64,000 bases of DNA from Candidatus Nealsonbacteria bacterium DGGOD1a (lineage in GTDB: Bacteria > Patescibacteriota > Minisyncoccia > Minisyncoccales > UBA5738). The translations under genes were made by a program, and so were the position numbers. Below the pieces are notes generated by a model. It was not told the origin of the DNA and ran no database searches. It saw nothing but the letters and a program-made list of their open reading frames with translations. Positions within the stretch are counted from its first letter, which is position 1; every line of letters begins with the position of its first letter. Shown one piece after another: positions 28,462-36,484 of this stretch. Location: contig CP092821.1 in NCBI GenBank assembly GCA_022530585.1, positions 649,525-713,524 on the forward strand. Direction: 5' to 3'.

Positions 28462-29055
28462 TTATTTCAATAACAATGCTTTCTTGATTCTTTGCGCGGC
28501 GGTAACATTCGTTAAAATCGCCAGCGCTGCCAGCAAAAATGACGCCAGCGCCGGATAATAATTCAAGGACGCGATAACCACCGCGAAAATTATCAGCCGT
28601 TCGGCGCGCGACAACAAGCCACCCTTTAGCTCCAAGTCGCTTAAACCTTTTTCTTTGGCCGCGGCTTTGGCATAAGTGGTCATCATCGACCCGAAAAGAA
28701 CTAAAAATATCCACGCCGGCGCCGGCATAAAAAAAACCGGCAATTCAACAAACAAAAATCCGAAAAGCAGTGTCGCTTCCACATAGCGATCGGCAATTGT
28801 ATCCCAATAGGCCCCCTTTTTGTTGGCCAAATTTTTCGCGCGCGCCACCGCGCCATCAATAAAATCAAGAGTGGCGGCAACGGCAAAAAGCGCCAGCGCG
28901 ACCCAATAGCCGCCGATGATCAAAAAACAAAGCGCCGCAAAAGCGGCGGCAACGGAGCAAGCCGTGTATTGGTTGGGAGTAAGGGGTAAGCGGGCGAAAA
29001 TACCGGCAACTCTGTTTTCCAAACCCTTAAATTGATTGCGGTAAAGATCAAGCAT
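28462..29055 (-). CDS. CDP-alcohol phosphatidyltransferase family protein (197 aa)
   Basis: Signature D-x2-D-G-x2-A-R...G-x3-D-x3-D seen as LDFIDGAVARAKNLANKKGAYWDTIADRYVE. Five to six TM segments. Adjacent to inositol-phosphate synthase. Confidence 0.85.
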   Translation of the reverse strand: MLDLYRNQFKGLENRVAGIFARLPLTPNQYTACSVAAAFAALCFLIIGGYWVALALFAVAATLDFIDGAVARAKNLANKKGAYWDTIADRYVEATLLFGFLFVELPVFFMPAPAWIFLVLFGSMMTTYAKAAAKEKGLSDLELKGGLLSRAERLIIFAVVIASLNYYPALASFLLAALAILTNVTAAQRIKKALLLK

Positions 29056-29059
29056 CGGT

Positions 29060-29101
29060 GATTTAAGATTTAAGATTTAAGATTTAAGATTTAAGATTTA
29101 A
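29060..29101. repeat. Heptanucleotide tandem repeat (GATTTAA) x6
   Basis: Six perfect head-to-tail copies, followed by inverted ATAAATC motifs at 29104-29132. Confidence 0.95.
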
Positions 29102-29141
29102 ATTCATAAATCTTATTTCATAAATCATAAATCGTGAGTTG

Positions 29142-30260
29142 TTAGCGATCGCGCTTTCCCGCGATGAATTCCTCCACCATTTCATACGCTTGGCTGTCGG
29201 TAAACTGCGCCGGCGGATGTTTCATAAAATATGACGAAGGGCTTGTGAGCGGTCCGCCGATTCCCCGTTCTTTGGCCAACTTTACCATGCGCACGGCGTC
29301 GATGACCACGCCCGCGGAATTGGGCGAATCTTCCACGCTCAAACGCAATTCTATTTCCACCGGAACATCGCCGAATTTGCGGCCCTCCATGCGAATAAAG
29401 CAAATTTTATTGTCTTTCAAAAACGGCACCCAATCCGACGGCCCGATATGGAGATTATCATAACTTAATCGTTTGCCCAACTGCGACTCCACGCTTTCGG
29501 TTTTGGAAATTTTCTTTGATTTCAGACGGTCGCGCGACAACATATTCAAAAAATCCGTATTGCCGCCAAAATTAAGCTGGTAAGAACGATCGATCGTCAC
29601 TCCCCGCTTGGTAAACAAATTACTCAATGCGCGATGCACGATCGTGGCGCCGATTTGCGACTTGATATCGTCGCCAATGCAGGGAATTCCGGCTTTGGCG
29701 AATTTTTCTCCCCAAACATTATCCGAAACTATGAATATGGGCATACAATTCACGAATCCGCAACCCGCATCCAACGCGGCTTGAGCGTAATATTCGGCCG
29801 CCTTTTGCGATCCCACCGGCATATAGCTGACCAAAACATCGGCTTTGGCTTTTTTCAATTCATCGGCCACATCAACCGCGGGCAAATCCGCCACCGAAAA
29901 AGTTTGGTCTTCGGGATAATCCTTCATATGATCGGCCACCCCGTCAAAAACCGGCCCCATTTGCACTTTAACCTCCAAATCGGGAACTTCTTTGCAAAAA
30001 ACCTTGGTGCAGTTGGGCAAAGCGAAAATCGCTTTGGCAATATCGCGCCCCACCTTGCGCTTATCCACATCAAACGCCGCCACGATTTCGATATCGCGCG
30101 GAGCGTAATCCCCGACCACATTGTGCATCAACCCCGGAACCGGATCGTCATCGGCGCCAATATTTTTATAATAGGTTATCCCCTGCACCAAACTGGAACA
30201 GCAGTTGCCGATGCCGGCAATCGCCAAACGGATTTTTTTTCTTTGGTTTGTTTCTGCCAT
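29142..30260 (-). CDS. ino1: myo-Inositol-1-phosphate synthase (inositol-3-phosphate synthase)
   Basis: RLAIAGIGNCCSSLVQGI Rossmann N-terminus, then GDDIKSQIGATIVHR and LNFGGNTDFLNM motifs. Length 372 aa. Confidence 0.88.
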   Translation of the reverse strand: MAETNQRKKIRLAIAGIGNCCSSLVQGITYYKNIGADDDPVPGLMHNVVGDYAPRDIEIVAAFDVDKRKVGRDIAKAIFALPNCTKVFCKEVPDLEVKVQMGPVFDGVADHMKDYPEDQTFSVADLPAVDVADELKKAKADVLVSYMPVGSQKAAEYYAQAALDAGCGFVNCMPIFIVSDNVWGEKFAKAGIPCIGDDIKSQIGATIVHRALSNLFTKRGVTIDRSYQLNFGGNTDFLNMLSRDRLKSKKISKTESVESQLGKRLSYDNLHIGPSDWVPFLKDNKICFIRMEGRKFGDVPVEIELRLSVEDSPNSAGVVIDAVRMVKLAKERGIGGPLTSPSSYFMKHPPAQFTDSQAYEMVEEFIAGKRDR

Positions 30261-30362
30261 ATTTTTTGTTAAAATGAATTATGGTATGTTTTACATTATG
30301 TAACTATTTTACCATCGTAAAATAACAAGTCAAGTATAAGAAAGTTTTCATCAATATAACAT

Positions 30363-30671
30363 ATGTTGCCCATCCAGCGCCTGAATAAATCCAATACCAC
30401 CGACAACCTTTGGCTGTATATTCTGGCCATCCTTGACAAACAACCGCTTTACGGCTGGGAAATTCCCGCGCTGATAGAAAAAGAATTCGGTTTCCGGCCG
30501 GGCAAGATCACCCCCTACCGCGTTTTTTACCGCCTGGAAATTGATGGATTCGTGAAAAGCGAAATGAACAAGCGCCGCCGGATATATGAAATCACTTCCA
30601 AAGGCAAGGAAGAATTAAAGAAAGCGAAAATTTTTTATCAAAATATCCTGAACCAAATAAATGGACAATAA
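30363..30671 (+). CDS. PadR-family transcriptional regulator
   Basis: Winged-helix pattern LWLYILAIL..PLYGWEI...ITPYRVFYRLEIDGFV...RRIYEITSKGKEEL. Confidence 0.85.
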   Translation: MLPIQRLNKSNTTDNLWLYILAILDKQPLYGWEIPALIEKEFGFRPGKITPYRVFYRLEIDGFVKSEMNKRRRIYEITSKGKEELKKAKIFYQNILNQINGQ

Positions 30672-31326
30672 AATCATTTCCGACAAATTAACCCAAATCG
30701 CCGATCTGCTGGAAATCAAGAGCGACAAACCGTTCCGCATCCGCGCCTATCGCAAAGCCGCGGCGGCGTTGGCGTCTTGCGAAACCGATATCGCCCAAAC
30801 ATACAAGAAAAATAAAACCATACCCAAAATCAACGGCATTGGAAAAAGCATCGGCGAAAAAGTAACGGAATTGTTGAAAACCAAAAAAATAAAATATCTG
30901 GAAAAATTAAAAGAAGACACCGCCATCCGCCAAATCGTCACTTATTTTTTTGAAACCAAAGGCGTGGGATTGGACGAACTCAAGCGCGACGCGCGCAAAC
31001 GGGATATTGTTTATTCGCGCTATACAAAACCGGCAAAACAATTGATCGAACTGGCCGGTTCGCTTGAAAAAGCCAAAAGCGCGATAAAAATCGTGGCCGA
31101 TTGGGCCAATTCGCGGAAATTGGACTACACCATTGAAACAGTTTTTAAAAAATGGCTGGAATTGGATAAATTAAAACCCAAAGAGATCGTCAAAAAACCG
31201 TTCTACCGCGACGACCCCATGATTTGGTCGGAAAACCGCAAAAAATGGTTCGTCGTCACTTCCGGCGGCGAATGGCTTGAATATTGCGACAAAATCGAAA
31301 AAATCGAGTGGCGGATCGTCGAATAG
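30661..31326 (+). CDS. Hypothetical protein with a DNA polymerase X-like N-terminal helix-hairpin-helix (8-kDa-like) domain
   Basis: LTQIADLLEIKSDKPFRIRAYRKAAAAL...INGIGKSIGEKVTELL resembles the PolX N-terminus. No polymerase or PHP domain follows. 11-nt overlap with the PadR gene. Confidence 0.55.
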   Translation: MDNKIISDKLTQIADLLEIKSDKPFRIRAYRKAAAALASCETDIAQTYKKNKTIPKINGIGKSIGEKVTELLKTKKIKYLEKLKEDTAIRQIVTYFFETKGVGLDELKRDARKRDIVYSRYTKPAKQLIELAGSLEKAKSAIKIVADWANSRKLDYTIETVFKKWLELDKLKPKEIVKKPFYRDDPMIWSENRKKWFVVTSGGEWLEYCDKIEKIEWRIVE

Positions 31327-31541
31327 CGCGCGCTTTCTTGACTTAAAACTAAAAATAAGGCAAAAATAGTTATATAATTGTTTAAATTCGAAGTACGAAG
31401 CTCGAATATTCGAAACAATGTTCAAAATTCGAATTTTCAAACGAACGAAACGGGAACTTGATTCCGTTTTGAACATTCGAATTTTGGTCATTTAAATTTG
31501 TTTCGGATTTCGAATATTCGGATTTCGGATTTTATGAAGAT

Positions 31542-32102
31542 ATGCTGAATTATTTTGATTTGCGCAAAGGCGTACTGTTTATTTTGGACGGCCAGCCTTA
31601 CGAAGTGCTGGAATTCCAGCAGATTATCAAAGCGCAAGACGCCACGGTTATCCGCACCAAGGTCAAAAATTTGATTACCGGAAAAATCGTGGACCGCACT
31701 TTCCATAAAGGCGACTCTTTCGAAGAAACCGAAAGCGAGAGAGCGCAAGTGAAATTTATTTACAATAATCGCGGAAAATTTATTTTTTGCCGGGAAAACG
31801 ATTCTTCAAAAAGGTTTGAATTGCCCGAAGAAAAGATCGGGGCCGGCGCCAAATTCCTGGTACCCAACACAATTCTTGACGGCGTGGTCTATGAAGATGA
31901 AGTAATCAGCGTCACCCTGCCCATCAAAGTCCAGTTGAGGGTTAAAGAAGCGGCTCCGGGAGTTAAGGGAAATCGGTCGCAATCCGGCACCAAAGCCGTG
32001 GTTCTGGAAACCGGCGCCACCATTCAAGCTCCGCTGTTCGTGGAACAGGGAGATGTGCTGGAAATCAACACGGAAACCGGAGAATATACGAAAAGAATAT
32101 AA
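31542..32102 (+). CDS. efp: Elongation factor P (atypical tip loop)
   Basis: Collinear with EF-P over 186 aa (LDGQPYEV...RTKVKNLITG...APGVKGNRSQSGTKAVVLETGA). The loop reads IIKAQDA where KPGKGQA is expected. Confidence 0.9.
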   Translation: MLNYFDLRKGVLFILDGQPYEVLEFQQIIKAQDATVIRTKVKNLITGKIVDRTFHKGDSFEETESERAQVKFIYNNRGKFIFCRENDSSKRFELPEEKIGAGAKFLVPNTILDGVVYEDEVISVTLPIKVQLRVKEAAPGVKGNRSQSGTKAVVLETGATIQAPLFVEQGDVLEINTETGEYTKRI

Positions 32103-32131
32103 ACGCCGAAATCATATCATCCAAACAAAAA

Positions 32132-32151
32132 AGCGCGGCCGCGCTTTTTTG
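32132..32151 (+). terminator. Intrinsic terminator after efp
   Basis: AGCGCGGCCGCGCT palindrome followed by TTTTTT. Confidence 0.8.
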
Positions 32152-32164
32152 TTTGAAACCAACG

Positions 32165-32243
32165 ATAAATTGGGTTCTTGCGTCGGGGTATTAACCCCGC
32201 CGCAACCAGAGCATGTTTCCTCGAAGATTACTTCCGATTACTA
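32165..32243. repeat. Family A repeat, copy 3 (left and middle modules only)
   Basis: ATAAATTGGGTTCTTGCGTCGGGGTATTAACCCCGCCGCAACCAGAGCATGTTTCCTCGAAGATTACTTCCGATTACTAA. Runs into the stop codon of the next gene. Confidence 0.8.
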
Positions 32244-32576
32244 AAAATTTTCCTCGTCAAAATTTTTTGATTTTTTTTCTTTTTTGGGCGGTTTTTTCCG
32301 TTCCTGATCCGCTTCTCGGTCTTGCATTTTATTTTTAAGCCCGATCAGCTTTTCAAGCAAGGCGACAATCCCCGCGATGCCGACGGAAAAACTTGAAATT
32401 TTGTTTTTGACTTCCGCTACCGCGTTTTTCGCCTCGATGACGGTGTTTTTTATTTCCATCTCAATAGATATGGCTTTACGCATAATCATAACCGTGAAAA
32501 ATAAAATTACCGCCAAAATCGCGATAGACAAAAAGAAAAATATCGAACCCAGAAAATAAAAAATTGTTTCGATCAT
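32241..32576 (-). CDS. Hypothetical membrane-anchored coiled-coil protein (111 aa)
   Basis: ORF track. N-terminal TM helix and a Lys/Glu-rich C-terminus. Confidence 0.5.
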   Translation of the reverse strand: MIETIFYFLGSIFFFLSIAILAVILFFTVMIMRKAISIEMEIKNTVIEAKNAVAEVKNKISSFSVGIAGIVALLEKLIGLKNKMQDREADQERKKPPKKEKKSKNFDEENF

Positions 32577-32811
32577 AATAATTGGTTATTGCAATTATAT
32601 TTTGACGCAATTAAATCTTGCCGTCAAGCAAAATTTACCGCGATCGGGATATTGCCGAGGCTTGAATCAATCGAAAATCTTGAAAGAATATTTTTCTTTG
32701 CAATTTATAGGTATGTCCGCGCAATCAATGATATTTTTTGTCTTTGCCGGAACTGATTTTCAGGTCTTGTTTCGCGTATTATAAAAAAACAAATTGAATG
32801 AATTCCGCCGC

Positions 32812-33339
32812 TTATATTTTTTTCAAGAACGACTCCATCGGCATTGATTTTTCCAGCAATTTTGATTTTAATTCGCAATATCTTTTAACCATGCCTCCGT
32901 TAGTTATCAAGATATCGCCTGAAAATTTTCCCGCCTTGTCATAGTTGAAAATCAGCAAATTCTGATCGTCGAAAAGCCAAAAATCCTTGGGATCGAATCC
33001 GTACGCGGCGATAATCTCCCGGTAATCATTTTCGTTCAAAAATAAAACCTGTTCGCCGTTCTTGTCGGGATTTTTCCGCCAGCGGCTGATTTCAAATTTT
33101 ATGTAATCCGGCAAAGTTTTCGGCGCCACGCGCACGCGCTGGACGACAACTCCTTTTTGCGAGGCTTTCTTCAGCGATGCCTGCCATCCGCGCCATTCTT
33201 TGTTTTTCCCTGAATCGGTATCGTTCTGCTTCCATTTGGCGATATCTTCCTGTTCTCCGGACAAACGGTATTCAACCCGGCCTTCAAGCCGAAAAATGTT
33301 TTTTTTGGCGTTCCTCCAATTTTTATCAAAATTATTCAT
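32812..33339 (-). CDS. DUF6879-like protein (176 aa from ATG 33339)
   Basis: FRLEGRVEY...RVRV.P..LPDYIKFE...FWLFDDQNLLIFNYD pattern recalled from DUF6879. The track ORF extends to 33492 and overlaps the upstream gene. Confidence 0.5.
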   Translation of the reverse strand: MNNFDKNWRNAKKNIFRLEGRVEYRLSGEQEDIAKWKQNDTDSGKNKEWRGWQASLKKASQKGVVVQRVRVAPKTLPDYIKFEISRWRKNPDKNGEQVLFLNENDYREIIAAYGFDPKDFWLFDDQNLLIFNYDKAGKFSGDILITNGGMVKRYCELKSKLLEKSMPMESFLKKI

Positions 33340-33439
33340 TGGTAGTATATATGTTAAAAGAAGCGCCAAAAAGGGCTCTCCTGTACCAAGGATAGCCCTT
33401 TTTGGCGAAAAATGCAACCGTTTAACGATAATCGCCCGA

Positions 33440-34501
33440 TTATCGGTTCTGCCAGATGCGCCTGGCCAGCTTCCAGCCATACTTGGCGACAATCAGCAAA
33501 ATGAACGCGTAAATGGCATACTGCAACAAGATAAACATAAATCCAATCAGATTAATGCTGATATTTTGGATGGTTTGGTTGATCTCGGCGATTAAAACCT
33601 TAAGAGCCAGATTCCACGAGTCTCCCAGATTTTGAAAGTCGATAAACGCGCCGTTAACGATGTTCACGGAAAAATAAGTGTAATTCAAGCGGTCAACCTG
33701 CTCGGCCTTCCCGCGGCGGATTTGTTCCAGCTGGGAGTTAATGCTGATCCGCTGCTGCGTCAACCTCTCAATTGTGTTTATTTTACTATCGATGACTTTC
33801 GCCAAAGTTTCGATGTCCTTAGCGCCGGCCGCGGCTTGCGTTACATCATCGTAGGCACCCGTCGCGTTGTTGAGAGTTTCATCGATTGACGCCAACTTCT
33901 TCTGCAAAATATCGATCCGGCTGGTATAATCATCAACCTGCCGCTGAATGGTGTAAGTGCTTCCGGATAATTCTTTGGGATCCATTTCTTTGATCAATGC
34001 CAGTATCTCATCGGTTTTGGCGCGATTGACCTTGAACGAATAACTGCAACCGTTGCGATATTCGCGGGCACTTTCAAAAATAACATCCTCCCGCGACTTT
34101 AATCCGCCGATGGCGGCGCAAGATTTTTCCAGCTGGCCGGTCTCAATGCTGGCATTATAATCGGTAACTTCATATTTTTCCGCTTGATTTCCGATTGCAT
34201 ACCCATTGTCGATATATGAGTCGTCACCGTCCGAAGAAGCCGCGTTCCTCGACGATAATCCGGCTGATTTGAAAATTTCTGATTCCGCCGGCATCGGCGC
34301 AGCCGCATTTTCCAAATAACCGGAATCATAATTCGCCATTTTCGAATAGCCGCCGATCGATTGCGTTTTTCCCGAATACGAGCCGAATAGCGATCCCAGA
34401 AAAACAAACACCGCGTAAAGAATAATTGCTCCCAAAACCGCCAAACCGCCGATCTTTAAAACCGGTTTGACCCAAAGATTGATTTTTTCCATTATTGCCA
34501 T
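33440..34501 (-). CDS. DUF4349-like membrane protein (N- and C-terminal TM helices, central coiled coil)
   Basis: Topology and the YNASIETGQLEKS...YSFKVNRAKTDEILALIKEM segment resemble DUF4349. Assigned from memory. Confidence 0.5.
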   Translation of the reverse strand: MAIMEKINLWVKPVLKIGGLAVLGAIILYAVFVFLGSLFGSYSGKTQSIGGYSKMANYDSGYLENAAAPMPAESEIFKSAGLSSRNAASSDGDDSYIDNGYAIGNQAEKYEVTDYNASIETGQLEKSCAAIGGLKSREDVIFESAREYRNGCSYSFKVNRAKTDEILALIKEMDPKELSGSTYTIQRQVDDYTSRIDILQKKLASIDETLNNATGAYDDVTQAAAGAKDIETLAKVIDSKINTIERLTQQRISINSQLEQIRRGKAEQVDRLNYTYFSVNIVNGAFIDFQNLGDSWNLALKVLIAEINQTIQNISINLIGFMFILLQYAIYAFILLIVAKYGWKLARRIWQNR

Positions 34502-34595
34502 ATTTATATTTTACTTTAATATATTTATATTCTATCATCGCAATTCCAATGTTTGCAAATTGCGAATTGAGTATTGAGTTTTCCGCGGCGCGCAT

Positions 34596-34619
34596 CGAAA
34601 AACCCCGCGGCGGCGGGGT
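34596..34619 (-). terminator. Intrinsic terminator after the Cys-rich ORF
   Basis: Minus strand reads AAACCCCGC-CGCC-GCGGGGTTTTT. Confidence 0.75.
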
Positions 34620-34632
34620 TTAACTTCAAAAA

Positions 34633-34815
34633 TCAAAATTCTGCCTTCTCTTCGCTTTTCTTCACGCGATTTTTGCAACCGCAAACGCACTCATCGCCGC
34701 ATTTACAACAGTGGTAGCAAAGCGTGGGATTGCAGGAACAAGCGTCCTGCTCATTCTCCAAAGGCATACGGCACCCCTTGCACTTGTCAAACTCTTGGTT
34801 CGGATCAGTAAACAT
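34633..34815 (-). CDS. Cysteine-rich mini-protein (60 aa, 11 Cys), metallothionein-like or zinc-binding
   Basis: CKGC, CSC, CYHCCKC and CVCGC clusters. A strong intrinsic terminator follows on the minus strand (34596-34619). Confidence 0.5.
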   Translation of the reverse strand: MFTDPNQEFDKCKGCRMPLENEQDACSCNPTLCYHCCKCGDECVCGCKNRVKKSEEKAEF

Positions 34816-34950
34816 ATTTTTGTGATTACTTTACACGGACCTTTCACCTATATTTTGGCAAATAACTTGCGAATTGGCAAAGCTATTCTACCTTTTCCAT
34901 GGCAAAACTGGAAAAAAATGCGGAATTTTGCTATGGTATATTTGTTTTGA

Positions 34951-35025
34951 GGCCCCATCGTCTAGCGGTTAGGACACTTGGTTCTCAACCAAGGAACACC
35001 GGTCCGACTCCGGTTGGGGCCGCCA
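34951..35025 (+). tRNA. tRNA-Glu (anticodon CUC), CCA encoded
   Basis: Acceptor GGCCCCA/TGGGGCC, D-arm TCTAGCGGTTAGGA as in tRNA-Glu, anticodon arm CTTGG-TTCTCAA-CCAAG, T-arm CCGGTCCGACTCCGG. Confidence 0.9.
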
Positions 35026-35053
35026 AATTGCATATACGCCATTTTCCATACCG

Positions 35054-35076
35054 ACCGCGGCTTCACCGCGGTTTTT
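35054..35076 (+). terminator. Intrinsic terminator after tRNA-Glu
   Basis: ACCGCGG-CTTCA-CCGCGGT followed by TTTT. Confidence 0.75.
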
Positions 35077-35306
35077 CGGTTATCTTTTCGATAAGCCTCC
35101 CCCTCCCTCCCTGTGGGAGCGTTCCCGTAATTTGAAAATCCGGACTTTAATTCTCATTATTTGATAATCATTGCCATCCGTGGATTTACGAGCACATAAA
35201 TAGAATTTTTGTATAGACATAGGCTTACGATGTGATAAACTAAATTTTAATAGCAGAAATAAAGTTGCCTATTGTTAATTAAAATTCTACTACTATAATT
35301 TAGTAT

Positions 35307-35504
35307 ATGTTAAACCTTGCCGACAATTTAAAACGCCTTAGAAAGGCTAAAAATCTAACCCAAGAAAAACTGGCGCGTCTTGCCGATTTAACCAATAACA
35401 CAATAATCAAAATCGAAGCCGGTAAAAATCAGAATCCAACACTTGCTACCCTCAAAAGCATTTCCAAGGCCCTTGATATAAGTGTGAATGAGTTAATAAA
35501 ATAA
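35307..35504 (+). CDS. XRE-family helix-turn-helix transcriptional regulator (65 aa)
   Basis: LKRLRKAKNLTQEKLARLADLTNNTIIKIEAGKNQNPTLATLKSISKAL is a canonical HTH_3. TTGTTA-16-TATAAT (35272-35299) ends 8 nt before the ATG, so the mRNA may be leaderless. Confidence 0.85.
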   Translation: MLNLADNLKRLRKAKNLTQEKLARLADLTNNTIIKIEAGKNQNPTLATLKSISKALDISVNELIK

Positions 35505-35509
35505 ATTTT

Positions 35510-36154
35510 ATGGGAAATAATTATTTTGAAAAATTAAAATCATCAGTAAGGGGAAAAGTTGCGATATTTATCGATGCTGCAAATTTAGAACAGTCTGTAA
35601 GGAAAATGTGGGTAAATCCAAAAGATATTCCGGATAATTTAAAAAACCTTACCACAAGCGAGTTGCGCTGGTCTGTCGATTATAAAAAAGTAAAAGATTT
35701 TTTTGAAAGTATCGGCAAAGTGCAATCAATACGATTTTATTCTGCCAATTTTGGATCAGAAAACCATTTCGGTTTTCTGTTTTTCTTACGAAAAGGGTTA
35801 AAATTTATTTTGAACACAAAACCTTTAAAATGTTATTCTGACGATACAGACGATAATCATCATCGTAAGGCAAATTTTGATGTTGAAATTGCAACAGATG
35901 CCATGTTTTATATGAATAAATATGATACTTTTATCCTATTTTCCGGTGATTGCGATTTTGAATATCTGCTTAAATTTCTGCGAGGGCATGGCAAAATCAC
36001 AATTGTTTTTTCTCGAAGCGGTAATGTGGCAAAAGAGCTACCACCAGCTTGTCACCAATACTTTGATATAATAGATTTTAGAGCAGAAATTTTAAAAGTT
36101 GCTCAAAAAGCGAAGAACCCCGCACCAGACACTGGTACGGGGCCCCGCAATTGA
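35510..36154 (+). CDS. NYN/LabA-like (DUF88) domain protein, predicted RNase fold
   Basis: VAIFIDAANLEQS and FDVEIATDAMF...TFILFSGDCDFEYLLKFLRGHGKITIVFS match the NYN acidic motifs. Confidence 0.75.
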   Translation: MGNNYFEKLKSSVRGKVAIFIDAANLEQSVRKMWVNPKDIPDNLKNLTTSELRWSVDYKKVKDFFESIGKVQSIRFYSANFGSENHFGFLFFLRKGLKFILNTKPLKCYSDDTDDNHHRKANFDVEIATDAMFYMNKYDTFILFSGDCDFEYLLKFLRGHGKITIVFSRSGNVAKELPPACHQYFDIIDFRAEILKVAQKAKNPAPDTGTGPRN

Positions 36155-36214
36155 TATCATTTGGCACTACTGCCATATGTACTAGTATGTTAATCTATCA
36201 AAAAAGTTATGTCA

Positions 36215-36253
36215 AATTTTACCCACTAATTTTACCCACTAATTTTACCCACT
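36215..36253. repeat. Direct repeat AATTTTACCCACT x3 (perfect, 13-nt unit)
   Basis: Three contiguous identical units, read directly. Confidence 0.95.
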
Positions 36254-36273
36254 AAGTTAACAAACCGCCGCCT

Positions 36274-36307
36274 CGCCGTGGAATTTAATCCGCCGTGGAA
36301 TTTAATC
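36274..36307. repeat. Direct repeat CGCCGTGGAATTTAATC x2 (perfect, 17-nt unit)
   Basis: Two contiguous identical units, 20 nt after the 13-mer array. Confidence 0.95.
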
Positions 36308-36484
36308 GCAAATCGGGGACAGATAAGGTTTTTAGTGATTCTAACCTGTCTAAAATTATATTTGATGACTTTTTGTTGTTAGCGATGAAATGATTAATTA
36401 GTTGTCGGCCAGGGCTGACCGGTTCTGTTTTTGATGAAATTTTGCTATTATAAATAAACAATTTATAACGATTTAAAAAAATTT

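Noticed and set aside
31327-31541. TTCGAA-rich spacer upstream of efp with CGGATTT x3 and nested palindromes
   Set aside because: It is real at the sequence level but short, degenerate and single-copy in the window. I cannot distinguish promoter or UP-element AT-rich DNA from a functional element, so it is not promoted to a finding.
34662-34847. Alternative 61-aa frame overlapping the Cys-rich ORF
   Set aside because: It has no pattern, runs past the likely promoter region, and has a poorer stop context relative to the terminator. The 34633-34815 frame has the striking ordered Cys clusters.
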